Numbered from the stretch's first letter, positions 41,595 to 51,341 are shown. The stretch: 64,000 nucleotides of DNA from Longimicrobiales bacterium (GCA_965202805.1 OZ241869.1:3776001-3840000); one strand, 5' to 3'. Notes: a model not told the origin generated them from the letters alone. Made by a program: numbers and translations.

Positions 41595-44594
41595 ATGACC
41601 CGTCGTGACGTCCCGGCGGCTCTCCCGTTCCAGCGCGGCCAGGCGCCGGACCCGCACCCGCACCCCCGGCTGCGGCGCCTGGTGCCCGCTCTGGTTCTGG
41701 CCCTCGCGGCGGGCCTGCCGCTGCCGGCGCACGGCCAGCAGGTCCCGGACCCGGTTGCCCCGCCGCAGTCGCCCGACACGACCACGGTCGTCGACTCCGT
41801 CCGGGTACAGGTTCTCCAGCTGCTCGAGCGCCTGGCCGCCCCGCCGCTTCCGGACTCGCTTCGGGAACTGCCCGATTCGACCGAACGGCCCCCTCGGCCG
41901 ATCGCCCCCGGTCCGGACTCCGTGCTCAACGCCCTGCTCTCGCTTCCGGGATACCAGGCCAGCCAGTACGAGGGAACCGGGCTCGAGTTCGGGTCGAGCG
42001 GCGAGGTGATCCTCTACGGCAACACGGACGCGCGCGCGCGATTCTTCCGGGAAGGTGCGGAGCGCATGCAGCTGGAGGCCGACTCCTCCATCACCATGGA
42101 CGACTCCACGAGCCTGATCTGGACCGAGGGCGCCTCGGTGTTCACCGGGCGCGAGGGCGAACCCCTCAACAGCACGTCCATGATCTACAGCCTGGACAGC
42201 CGCCGCGGCACCGCCTACAGCGCGCGCACCCGGTTCGCGGAATCGGGCAGTCCCTGGATCGTGAACGGCGATCTGCCCTCGGTGACGTCCGAGATCGTCC
42301 ACGGGGCGCACGTCGGCTTCACCACCTGCGATCTCGAGCATCCCCACTACCATTTCGACACCAGCGAGATCAAGATCGTGGCCGGCAACGTGCTGGTGGC
42401 GAGGTCGGTCAAGCTCTACTTCGCCGACGTTCCCGTCTTCTGGTTCCCCTTCATGTTCCAGAGCATCGAGCGCGGACGGGCCAGCGGCATCCTGACACCC
42501 CGCTTCGGCGTGAACGACATCGTGCGCAGCTCGGCGGGCTACAGCCGGCGAATCTCGAACCTGGGTTATTACTGGGCCATCAGCGACTACGCCGACGCAT
42601 CGGTGGCGATGGACTGGTGGGCCGACAACTACGTGGGCGTGACCGGGACCCTGAACTACAACTGGCTGCGGCAGTTTCTGCGCGGCAACATGAACTTCCG
42701 CAACTTCTGGCGGGAGGACGGGAGCACCACGCTCGCCTTCAGCACCTCCCACAACTGGGAGCTCGACGAGCGTACCCGCTTCGAGATCCGGTCGAGCTAC
42801 GCCTCGTCCACCGACTTCGTGCGCCAGAATTCCTTCGACCCGCGCGAGGTCACGCAGTCGATCGACTCGCAGGGCGGGATCAACCGGCGCTTCGACTGGG
42901 GCAACGTCTCCATGAGCGCCAACCGCCGCCAGTTCCTCTCCGACGACCGGGTGTCGCTCACGCTGCCCTCCGCCAACCTCTCGCTGTCGCCCATCACCTT
43001 CTTCTCCGCCCCGTCGTCGCGGGCGAACTGGTACAACAACATCATCTGGACCGGGAGCGGGAACTACACGCGCAGCATCGAGGATCGGCTGGATCAGCCG
43101 CCGGGCGACTTCAAGGAGAGCCTGGCGGACAAGCAGAACACGCGCGGGGGCCTGTCGTCGAGCCTGAGCCTGGGCGCGCTCTCCCTGTCGCACAGCCTCA
43201 GCTTCAACGAGGCGGTGACCAGGGACGGGCTGGAGGTCCTCGCTCCCGACGCCGGCCTGGCTGCGGCCGACCGGCTCGAGGCCTGGTTCGGCAATGTGGT
43301 CGCGCCCTCTGCCGACAGCGCCTTCCCGGAGCGCGTGGACCTGAGCAGCACCGACCTCACCTGGTCCCAGACGCTCAGCTACCAGCAGCGCCTCGTCGGG
43401 ACCACCACCCTCACCCCCAACCTGTCCATGTCGGGCCGCTCGCTTCAGACGAACAAGATTCCGGAGGCGGGGTCGCTGGTTTCCGCGCCCACCCGCCTCT
43501 CCTTCGGCGCCGGGCTGAAGACCGATCTCTACGGGCTCTGGCCGGGCGTGGGGGGCTTCTCCGCCATCCGCCACAAGCTCTCGCCCGGCTTCGACTATTC
43601 CTACGCACCCGCGGTGACGCAGACGGACCTCCAGAATGCCGTTTTCGGCCGAGGGGAATTCCGCGCGAAGAACGAGATGCGGATCCGGCTGAACCAGACC
43701 TTCGAAGCGAAGCGGGAAACCGAGGACTCGGCGGAAGAGGGCGAGGAGGACGCTCCTCCGGACCTCACCGGCGAACCGCGGCGCCGGGAGCGCGCGGAGA
43801 TCGTTCAGTTGCTGGCGCTGCAGACCAGCGCGGTCAACTACGACTTCGTGCGCGCGGACTCTCTCGGCCAGTTCACGGATGGCTTCACGACCACCACCCT
43901 CTCCAACAGCATCAGCTCGGACTTTCTGCGCGGACTGCAGATCTCCATGGAGCACCTTCTGTTCGAGGACGGCGGCCAGGGCGGGGAGGGACGGAAGTTC
44001 GCACCCCATCTCTCCGGGGTCGATCTCTCCTTCTCCCTGAACGCGGCTTCTCCGCCGCTGCGCTGGATCGGAGGCCTGATCGGTCTCGGAGGCGACGGAG
44101 AGACGGCTTCGGAGCCGGAACCGGAAGAGGAGGAGCCGCTCGATGAGGTGGATCCGTTCACGGCGGCCAGCGGCCTCGACGAAAGCCAGGTCGTGCCCGG
44201 CTTCGGCGACACCTCGCGCGACTTCGGCAGGCCGAGCGCTCAGGGGCGTTCGAGGGGCGGCGGGTGGGACGCCAGTGTCTCCTATTCGCTACAGCGGCCG
44301 CGCGAAGCCGACCTGGCGCGGCAGATGGTTCAGCTCAATGTGCGGTTCGAGCCCACCGAGCTGTGGCGCGCGAGCTGGCGCACCTCCTACGACGTGGAGC
44401 TGGGGTCCTTCAGCGACCACATGCTCACCTTCACGCGCCAGTTGCATCGCTGGGAGGCCAACTTCGACTTCAGGCGCACGGTCACCGGCAACTGGGCGTT
44501 CCGCTTCGAGGTGGCGCTGAGCGACAATCGCGACCTGAAGTTCGACTACCAGCAGTACGACCGTTTCGACTCCGCGGAGGGCCGGTTTCGCTGA
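41595..44594 (+). CDS. lptD: LPS assembly protein LptD-like beta-barrel
   Basis: Signal peptide, FTTCDLEHPHYHF, P.F.FPF, R.SGIL.P, GYYW, RQLHRWE near the C-terminus. Confidence 0.85.
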   Translation: MTRRDVPAALPFQRGQAPDPHPHPRLRRLVPALVLALAAGLPLPAHGQQVPDPVAPPQSPDTTTVVDSVRVQVLQLLERLAAPPLPDSLRELPDSTERPPRPIAPGPDSVLNALLSLPGYQASQYEGTGLEFGSSGEVILYGNTDARARFFREGAERMQLEADSSITMDDSTSLIWTEGASVFTGREGEPLNSTSMIYSLDSRRGTAYSARTRFAESGSPWIVNGDLPSVTSEIVHGAHVGFTTCDLEHPHYHFDTSEIKIVAGNVLVARSVKLYFADVPVFWFPFMFQSIERGRASGILTPRFGVNDIVRSSAGYSRRISNLGYYWAISDYADASVAMDWWADNYVGVTGTLNYNWLRQFLRGNMNFRNFWREDGSTTLAFSTSHNWELDERTRFEIRSSYASSTDFVRQNSFDPREVTQSIDSQGGINRRFDWGNVSMSANRRQFLSDDRVSLTLPSANLSLSPITFFSAPSSRANWYNNIIWTGSGNYTRSIEDRLDQPPGDFKESLADKQNTRGGLSSSLSLGALSLSHSLSFNEAVTRDGLEVLAPDAGLAAADRLEAWFGNVVAPSADSAFPERVDLSSTDLTWSQTLSYQQRLVGTTTLTPNLSMSGRSLQTNKIPEAGSLVSAPTRLSFGAGLKTDLYGLWPGVGGFSAIRHKLSPGFDYSYAPAVTQTDLQNAVFGRGEFRAKNEMRIRLNQTFEAKRETEDSAEEGEEDAPPDLTGEPRRRERAEIVQLLALQTSAVNYDFVRADSLGQFTDGFTTTTLSNSISSDFLRGLQISMEHLLFEDGGQGGEGRKFAPHLSGVDLSFSLNAASPPLRWIGGLIGLGGDGETASEPEPEEEEPLDEVDPFTAASGLDESQVVPGFGDTSRDFGRPSAQGRSRGGGWDASVSYSLQRPREADLARQMVQLNVRFEPTELWRASWRTSYDVELGSFSDHMLTFTRQLHRWEANFDFRRTVTGNWAFRFEVALSDNRDLKFDYQQYDRFDSAEGRFR

Positions 44595-44682
44595 GCGCAC
44601 GACCCGCGCGGGCGTGGCGCGTGCGGGAGAGCGTGGGTGAGCCCGTCTCCCCATGGACTCACGTTCCCGGATGCCGGCGCTG

Positions 44683-44698
44683 TGGCACACCTCGTGCA
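44683..44698 (+). promoter_or_regulatory. Putative sigma54 (-24/-12) promoter
   Basis: TGGCACACCTCGTGCA, GG-N10-GC, 65 bp upstream of ATG 44764. Confidence 0.6.
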
Positions 44699-44763
44699 GG
44701 CTGATCGGAGTTGATGGGCGAAGACGCCTGCGATGCTCCCGGCGATGCCACGAGGAGGTGCCG

Positions 44764-45930
44764 ATGTTCGGTCACGGGTATGCGGTTGGACGATGTGCCC
44801 GCCGCTTGCAGGCCCTCCTCCTGCTGGGCGCCCTGACGGCGTGCGACGAGGACGGGGTGCTGATCAGTCTGGACGATCCCCCGGCTGCGCCGCGCGCGCT
44901 GGATGCCCACTACTTCGCGGGGGTGGTCACCGTCACGTGGACCCTGGCGGGCGGCTGGAGCGGTGAGTCCTTCCGCGTCTACTCCCGGCGCATCACCGAC
45001 CCGGACTACTTTCTCATCGCGGAGGTGAGCAGCTGCGCGGAAGGCGCCTGCGAGTACCGCGACGCCAACGTGGCGGCGGGCGTAACCTACGAGTACTACG
45101 TGGCGGCGGTCGGGGCCTCGGGACTGGAGACGCCTTCCAGCCGCCTGGTCGAGGTCGCCGTTCCGATGCCGGATCCTCCCGCGGTGCCGGTCACCGTCCT
45201 GGCGACGGCGCTGGATGGATCCGTCTTCCTCACCTGGAGTGACGACGCGCGCGCCGCCGCGGATTTCTCTCACTACAGGGTCTACCTCGAGGACGGGGAC
45301 ACCTTCCTCCTGGGCGAGACGGACTCCGAGGGGTTCCTCGACCTGCGGGCGAACAACGGCGAGACCTACAGCTACTTCGTTTCCGCCCTTGACGACCAGG
45401 GGCACGAGAGCGCCGGCAGTTCGATGGCGAGCGCGACGCCGCGGCCCGACCATCACGGGGAGCTGATCTACTCCTACCTCGACGCGCCGTCGTCTTCGGG
45501 CTTTCGCTTTCCGCCCAACGAACAGGATGGCCCCATCGTTCACGGGGATGCGCCCGACCGCCACTTCCGGCTCGAACAGGACGGGTCCGGTTGGTGGCTG
45601 GTTCCCGGACCGGGCGCCGAGATCCACAACCGGGTCTTTTCCACCAGCCAGCTCAAGTGCGGACCCGGAAGCGACGCCGGATGCATCGACGTGACCACCG
45701 CGCCCTCGGGGGATTACACGACCCGGGCGGTCGAAGCTCTGTCGGCGACCACCTACGTGCTTCGCTATTCGGGAGCGGCAGGGCACCACTACGCCGCGGT
45801 GCGGATTACCAGCCAGGGCTACCTGGACGAAGGCGCGGTGATGGTCTTCGACTGGGCTCACCAGCTCCAGCCCGGCAATGTGGGCCTGGAGTACCGTGTG
45901 CCCGCAGTGCTGGTTCGCACCGGGAACTGA
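44764..45930 (+). CDS. Lipoprotein with two fibronectin type III-like domains and an uncharacterised C-terminal domain
   Basis: GGAGGTG SD; lipobox LTAC; PP.P..L..V.VTW...Y.YYVAAV...G.E repeated twice. Confidence 0.8.
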   Translation: MFGHGYAVGRCARRLQALLLLGALTACDEDGVLISLDDPPAAPRALDAHYFAGVVTVTWTLAGGWSGESFRVYSRRITDPDYFLIAEVSSCAEGACEYRDANVAAGVTYEYYVAAVGASGLETPSSRLVEVAVPMPDPPAVPVTVLATALDGSVFLTWSDDARAAADFSHYRVYLEDGDTFLLGETDSEGFLDLRANNGETYSYFVSALDDQGHESAGSSMASATPRPDHHGELIYSYLDAPSSSGFRFPPNEQDGPIVHGDAPDRHFRLEQDGSGWWLVPGPGAEIHNRVFSTSQLKCGPGSDAGCIDVTTAPSGDYTTRAVEALSATTYVLRYSGAAGHHYAAVRITSQGYLDEGAVMVFDWAHQLQPGNVGLEYRVPAVLVRTGN

Positions 45931-45992
45931 CACCGGACGAAGCCTTCCCCCGGGGCAGGCGGGGACGGTGGGTTCGCGCTGACCGACCCGGG

Positions 45993-46021
45993 TTGTGAGG
46001 GTGCCGCCGCCGGGGTATAAT
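45993..46021 (+). promoter_or_regulatory. sigma70 promoter, probably giving a leaderless mRNA
   Basis: TTGTGA, 17 bp spacer, TATAAT, then 6 bp before ATG 46028. Confidence 0.7.
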
Positions 46022-46027
46022 CGCGAC

Positions 46028-46930
46028 ATGACGCCGGTCCTGGAAGCGGTCCCCAACTTCAGCGAAGGCCGCGACCTCTCCCTGGTTCGCGAGTTCGCCC
46101 GGGTCATCGCCTCCGAGGGCGCCGAAGTGCTGGCCCGTTCCGCCGACCCGGACCACCATCGTTCGGTCATCTCCTTCGCGGGCTCTCCCCCTGTCGTGGA
46201 ACGGGCGGCTCTGTCGGTCGCGCGGCTGGCGGTGGAGGCCATCGATTTGCGCAGGCACGCGGGCGTACACCCGCGCGTGGGCGCGCTCGACGTGCTCCCG
46301 TTCATCCCGGCCCGGGGCCTCGCCATGCAGGACGCGGCCGCGAGCGCGCGCAGGGTGGCGATGGCGCTCGCCACGATGGGGATACCCGTGTACCTGTACG
46401 GAGCTGCCGGGGCCGGCCGCTCCCTGGCTTCTCTGCGGGCCGGGGGATTCGAGGCGCTGGTGGAGCGATTCCCAATCGGCCGCGAGCCCGATATCCTGCC
46501 TCGGTCCTGGGGCCACCCGGGTGTTCATCCGACCGCCGGCGCGACCTGTGTCGGAGCCCGGCCGCCCCTCCTCGCGTGGAATGTCTGCGTATCGGGGTTA
46601 TCGTTGGAGCAGGTGAAGGGAATCGCGGGCCGATTGCGCGAGAGCGGCGGAGGATTTGTCGGGTTGAGGGCTCTGGGGCTATATCTGCCCTCCAGCGAGG
46701 CATTTCAGATCTCCATGAACCTGGAAGACATGGAAAGCACACCGCCCATGCGCGTCTTCGAAGCCATTGAAACAGAGGTGGACCGTCTGGGTGGGCGCGT
46801 CGCACAGACGGAGGTCATCGGAACCATCCCCGAGACCGTGGTCCTTTCCGCGGCAGCCTCGCGCCTGAAGCTTGTGGATCCCGACGCGTCCCGGCTGCGC
46901 GGGTCTCTGCTCGCGGGGGTCCGTTCATGA
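46028..46930 (+). CDS. Glutamate formiminotransferase (FT domain only)
   Basis: EAVPNFSEGR, DPDHHRSV, H.GVHPRVGALDV.PF, HPTAGA..VGAR, QISMNL. Confidence 0.93.
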   Translation: MTPVLEAVPNFSEGRDLSLVREFARVIASEGAEVLARSADPDHHRSVISFAGSPPVVERAALSVARLAVEAIDLRRHAGVHPRVGALDVLPFIPARGLAMQDAAASARRVAMALATMGIPVYLYGAAGAGRSLASLRAGGFEALVERFPIGREPDILPRSWGHPGVHPTAGATCVGARPPLLAWNVCVSGLSLEQVKGIAGRLRESGGGFVGLRALGLYLPSSEAFQISMNLEDMESTPPMRVFEAIETEVDRLGGRVAQTEVIGTIPETVVLSAAASRLKLVDPDASRLRGSLLAGVRS

Positions 46931-47586
46931 CGGCCGACGCGCGCCTGGGGCCGTCCGGGGATCCCCAGGGCCCGGAGCCGCCCGCCGATCTCCGGGAGGC
47001 GGCCGGCGAGTCCGAATCGTCTTCCGGGTTTGTAGACTTCAGGGCGCTGATCCTGGACGAAGGGTCGGGCTCGGTGGCGACCCGGCTGACCGAGACAGAC
47101 GAGAATGTCGAACCCGGCGAGGACTTCAAGGCCGCGTTGTCGCGTTTCAGAGCCCGGTTGATCCGCAGCCTTCCTTCCGGGGACGCGCGCACCCATCAGG
47201 ACATGGGCACCGCGTACCGGACCATGGGGCTCGGCCACGAGGCCATCGGCGAGTTTCAACACGCCATCCGGGAGGACCCTGCGAGCCCGGCGGCCCATGA
47301 GATGCTGGGTCGCTGTTTTCTCGACGCCGGTCAGCCCGAACTCGCGGTCGGCGCGCTGGCGAAGGCCCTCGAACTGCCCTCCGGGAGCGAAGACGACTTC
47401 CTCGGAATCTACTACTATATGGGGCGCGCTCAGGAGGCGTCCGGCAATCCCGAGGCGGCGTACGACTTCTACAGGAAGATCCTCGCGATCGACATCGGCT
47501 TTCAGGATGTCGAGGCGCGCGAGCGCGATCTCGGCCGGGCGCTGAGGAGGGCGGCCGACGAGTCGGCGGATCCCGCGCCCGGCTAA
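46927..47586 (+). CDS. TPR protein (resembles the C-terminal TPR module of large SgmX-like proteins)
   Basis: THQDMGTAYRTMGL..EAI.EFQ, EMLGRCF, YYMGRA.E, DIGFQDV. Confidence 0.75.
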   Translation: MTADARLGPSGDPQGPEPPADLREAAGESESSSGFVDFRALILDEGSGSVATRLTETDENVEPGEDFKAALSRFRARLIRSLPSGDARTHQDMGTAYRTMGLGHEAIGEFQHAIREDPASPAAHEMLGRCFLDAGQPELAVGALAKALELPSGSEDDFLGIYYYMGRAQEASGNPEAAYDFYRKILAIDIGFQDVEARERDLGRALRRAADESADPAPG

Positions 47587-47607
47587 CCCTTTTCCGGAAA
47601 GAGGTAG

Positions 47608-48606
47608 TTGACCCAACCCGTCACCACGAGCCCATCCACGCTTGCCCACATCCAGGAGCCGGTGCGAGAGGATCTGGAGCGCGTGCGCGAAGAGCTCCGG
47701 CGCATCGTTCGTGCGAATCTGGGAATGACCGACGAGGTCAACCAGTACCTCCTGCTCATGCGGGGCAAGATGTTTCGCCCCACCCTGGTGCTCCTGGCGG
47801 ACCGGATCTGCGGGGGAGACGGGGATCCCGCCGTTACTCTGGCGGCGGCGGTCGAACTGGTGCACCTCGCGACCCTGGTGCACGACGATGCCGTGGACCA
47901 TTCCGTGCTGCGCCGCGGCCTGCCGACGGTGAACGCGCTGTGGACGCACCAGGTCGCGATCATCATGGGGGACTACCTGTACAGCCGCTCCGTCACCGAG
48001 CTGACCCGGGTCGGCAATCTGGACGTACTCCGGTGCCTGGCAGTCGCCGCCAACGAGATGAGTCTCGGAGAGATGCGGCAGCTCACCTCCTACGACGCCC
48101 TGGACTTCTCCGAGGAGGACTACTACGCCCTGATCGCGGCCAAGACGGCATCCCTGATGGCCGCATCCTGCGAGATCGGCGCCCTGGCGACCCGCTCGGG
48201 TCCCCGGTGCTCCGCGCTCAGGCGCTTTGGGCACAACCTCGGAATGGCGTTTCAGATTGCCGACGACCTGCTGGATTACACCGGGACCGAGGCGGTGACC
48301 GGCAAGCCCACGGGCCACGACCTGCGTCAGCGCAAGGTTACGCTACCCCTGATCGGAGCGATGAAGGTTGCCGGGGACAGGGAACGGCAGGGGATTCGCA
48401 GGTTCTTTTCCAGCCGCGATCCTTCCGACGAGGAGATCGCGGGGGTCATCGAGCTGGTGGAGGAACTCGGCGGGCTCGAGTACGCGCGCGAGCGGGCGGA
48501 GCGCTACGCCGAATGGGCGGCCGCGGCGCTCGAGGATCTGGAGCCGGGGCCCGCGAAACAGGCGCTGCTCACCTCGATCGCCTACGTGGTCGATCGGCGT
48601 CGATGA
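47608..48606 (+). CDS. Long-chain polyprenyl diphosphate synthase (IspB-like)
   Basis: GK.FRP, ATLVHDDAVD..RRG, KTA, FQIADDLLD, GKP.G.DL. Confidence 0.95.
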   Translation: MTQPVTTSPSTLAHIQEPVREDLERVREELRRIVRANLGMTDEVNQYLLLMRGKMFRPTLVLLADRICGGDGDPAVTLAAAVELVHLATLVHDDAVDHSVLRRGLPTVNALWTHQVAIIMGDYLYSRSVTELTRVGNLDVLRCLAVAANEMSLGEMRQLTSYDALDFSEEDYYALIAAKTASLMAASCEIGALATRSGPRCSALRRFGHNLGMAFQIADDLLDYTGTEAVTGKPTGHDLRQRKVTLPLIGAMKVAGDRERQGIRRFFSSRDPSDEEIAGVIELVEELGGLEYARERAERYAEWAAAALEDLEPGPAKQALLTSIAYVVDRRR

Positions 48607-48693
48607 AACCTCCAGGATCCGGGCGCACAACAGAAGAGGCAGATTCGTTCAACAAGCTCCGCGGTCGGAAACGCCGCGGTCGGAGGCCGTCAA

Positions 48694-48975
48694 TTGGCTA
48701 AGTTGCTTGAAGGTCGAAGGCGATCGTATTCCCGGTTTGCGGTGGTCCTGGTGGGTGGCTTCATCCTGGGCGCCCTGCTTACGCGTCTCGCCCAGTTCAT
48801 GCCCGAGAGCGCGACGCGGGAGTTCCTTACCGCGGCGGTCACGGCGAGCCTGGGACCGGTCTCCGTGGGGCTGGTTGCGCTTGACATTACGCTGGGGCCG
48901 CTGGCATTTCATTTCAACGTGCTCACGCTGGCGGGAATCGGCATCGTGGCGCCGATCGTCCGCGCCTGGCTGTAG
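48694..48975 (+). CDS. Small membrane protein, DUF4321-like
   Basis: GGAGG SD before TTG; two hydrophobic segments; family assignment from memory. Confidence 0.65.
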   Translation: MAKLLEGRRRSYSRFAVVLVGGFILGALLTRLAQFMPESATREFLTAAVTASLGPVSVGLVALDITLGPLAFHFNVLTLAGIGIVAPIVRAWL

Positions 48976-49092
48976 CCGCTGTAGCAGGACTGCTGGAGGA
49001 CCCGGCGCGCGAGACGCCTGTATAAGTTAGATTGACCGAGCACACAGAACGGACCAGCACGCTTCGCCGGTCATCAGCGGGAGGGAGCTGTC

Positions 49093-49371
49093 ATGGGTTT
49101 CAGCGGACTTGGAATGTGGGAGATCATCCTGATCTTCCTGGTGTTCTTGCTTCTCTTCGGCGCCAAGCGCCTCCCGGAAATCGGCTCGTCCCTGGGCAAG
49201 GGGATTCGTGAATTCAAGGGTTCGGTGCGGGACATCGAGCGCGAGCTGAAGACGCCTCAGCAGCCCAAGATGGTCGCGCCTTCTCCCGCGGAGAGTTCCG
49301 AAGAGGGTGGAGAGCCGCGTAAACTCGGCAGTCGAACGGAAGCCGGCGCGGAAGCCGGGACGACTGCCTGA
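49093..49371 (+). CDS. tatA: Twin-arginine translocase TatA/E subunit
   Basis: GMWEI...LLLFGAKRLPEIGSSLGKGIREFK. Confidence 0.96.
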   Translation: MGFSGLGMWEIILIFLVFLLLFGAKRLPEIGSSLGKGIREFKGSVRDIERELKTPQQPKMVAPSPAESSEEGGEPRKLGSRTEAGAEAGTTA

Positions 49372-49417
49372 GGGAGGATCCCGTTGCGGCGGACGGGGCC
49401 GCCCGGGCCGTCGCAGG

Positions 49418-51241
49418 CTAGAACGCGAGCGGCAGTTGCGTCTGGTTCGCGGCCTCTTCCTGGGCCCGGAAGACCTCCCGGCGACGGTCAATGATGCGGG
49501 CGCGCTCACGCAGGCTGGTGATCCACTGGTCCAGCCGCTGCTGGCCCAGGGTTCCTCCGATCATCGCGCGCTGCACCACCTTCTGCTCCTCCCAGGTCGT
49601 GCTGTCGGCCGGAATCCGTTCCGTCAACTCGATGACGAACGCGCGGCCGTTGGCCTCCACGACGCCGCTCAACTGACCCGGCTCCAGACCGAATGCGGTC
49701 CCGATGACCGCGTTCTGCCGCCCGAGCCCGGGAACGAAGTCGCTGCGTGAGAACGGGGGGGATTCCTCGATGTCGGCCTCCAGCCGCTCGGCGATCTGCT
49801 CCAGAGTGCCCCCACCCTCGGCGGCTCCTTCGGCCTGGGCCAGGGCACGCTCGGCCTTCTTTTCCAGCCTCAGGGTGCGTTCGATGGCCGGGCGCGCCTG
49901 TTCGAGCGGCAGCACCCCCTCCGGCTGACGGCCGACCAGCTCCAGCGCGTAGAAGGCCTCGGCGTTCTCGAACACGGGGCTGACGTCTCCTTCCTCCGCT
50001 TCCTCAAACGCCCACTCGGACCCCTCGCGCACCTGGCCGGCACCCAGGACGAAGGGAAACTCCTCGGTGATGTCGACCGGCGCGGCCTCCAGGCCCAACT
50101 CGCTCGCCGCCTCCCTGAGGGGGAGGTTCTCGCCCAGCACCTCGAGGGAATCGGCCGTGGTCAGCAGATCGATCTCCGAGGCGTCGGTCCGCTCCACGGG
50201 AACCAGGATGTGGCGCGCGCTCACGGAGTCGGCGGTGCGCGACGTCACTTCGATGAGGTGCCATCCGAACTGGGTGCCGACAGGCTCCGTAACCGTCTCC
50301 AGCGGCGCGCTGAACGCCGCCGAATCGAATTCCGGCACCATCATCCCGCGGGGGAAGGTTCCGAGGTCTCCGCCGAGCGCCGCCGAACCCTCGTCCGCCG
50401 ATTCCTCCTGAGCCAACTCGGCGAAGTCGGCCCCCTCGAGGATCTCCTGCCGTATCTCCCCGGCGCGCTCGCGCGCGGCGGCCGTGTCGGCGGCGGTCGG
50501 ATCCTTGTCGAGGACGACGGCGACCACGGTGGCCCTCGGGGGCACCGCGAACTCGTCACGGTTCTCCCTGTAGTAGGCCGCGATCTCCGCATCGCTGACC
50601 TCGACCTCGTCATCGCCGATGCGCGTGGCCGGATCCAGCGACAGGTAGCGGACTCCGACCTGTTCGTTCTCGTCCCTGTACGCCGACCAGAGGGCGGCGT
50701 CCGGAAGGTAGATGCCCGTGCTCAGCTGCCGCATGAGCTTGGTGCGGGGGATGATGTCGCGGTAGTAGGCTTCCAGCTCCAGCAGGGCGATCTCCGAAGC
50801 GGTGGCGAGGTAGTCCTGGTACTTCTGCATGTCGAAGACGCCTTCGGTCTGAAAGCCCTCGAGCCCCTGGAACTGCGGCGGAGGGCTGAAGCGCGCCGCC
50901 TGACGGATCTCGTCGTCGCTCACCCGGATGCCGCGCCGTTCGAGTTCCCGCTGGATCAGGATCTGGGTCACGACCTCATCGAACGCCGCATCCTCGATTT
51001 CAAGGTTCTGGTCGGAGGTGATGGCATCTTCCTGGGCCAGCTGCGTCCGCTCGTAGAGACTGCGGTAGGTGAACTGGTACTGGTCGTACAGGACGGGCAC
51101 GCCGTCGACCTCGCCCAGCTCGCTCAGCCCGGCGGTGCGCCCGGTAATGTCCATGCCCCACTCGAAGACCATCAGCGCGGCGAAAGCGAGCATGGTGATC
51201 AGCATGATCCACTTCGTGTTGTCCCGCATGGTCCGCATCAT
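49418..51241 (-). CDS. ppiD: PpiD/SurA-family periplasmic chaperone with parvulin domain
   Basis: N-terminal TM anchor, SurA_N region, FAELA..S.D..S...GGDLG.F..G.MVPEF, T.FGWHLI. Confidence 0.88.
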   Translation of the reverse strand: MMRTMRDNTKWIMLITMLAFAALMVFEWGMDITGRTAGLSELGEVDGVPVLYDQYQFTYRSLYERTQLAQEDAITSDQNLEIEDAAFDEVVTQILIQRELERRGIRVSDDEIRQAARFSPPPQFQGLEGFQTEGVFDMQKYQDYLATASEIALLELEAYYRDIIPRTKLMRQLSTGIYLPDAALWSAYRDENEQVGVRYLSLDPATRIGDDEVEVSDAEIAAYYRENRDEFAVPPRATVVAVVLDKDPTAADTAAARERAGEIRQEILEGADFAELAQEESADEGSAALGGDLGTFPRGMMVPEFDSAAFSAPLETVTEPVGTQFGWHLIEVTSRTADSVSARHILVPVERTDASEIDLLTTADSLEVLGENLPLREAASELGLEAAPVDITEEFPFVLGAGQVREGSEWAFEEAEEGDVSPVFENAEAFYALELVGRQPEGVLPLEQARPAIERTLRLEKKAERALAQAEGAAEGGGTLEQIAERLEADIEESPPFSRSDFVPGLGRQNAVIGTAFGLEPGQLSGVVEANGRAFVIELTERIPADSTTWEEQKVVQRAMIGGTLGQQRLDQWITSLRERARIIDRRREVFRAQEEAANQTQLPLAF

Positions 51242-51312
51242 GACGAAGCGTCTCCTGGCGTGTCCTGGTCCGGCAAGAATGGTGTGATCGCGGTAATTTC
51301 CGCAGAAGAGGC

Positions 51313-51341
51313 AATTTACGAGAATACGGGACGGCTCTCAA
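51313..51341 (-). promoter_or_regulatory. sigma70-type promoter for ppiD
   Basis: Minus strand TTGAGA, 17 bp spacer, TAAATT. Confidence 0.6.

Noticed and set aside
49372..49417. GC-rich hairpin between convergent tatA and ppiD
   Set aside because: No U-tract on either strand, so not called a terminator; no copies noticed elsewhere, so not called a REP
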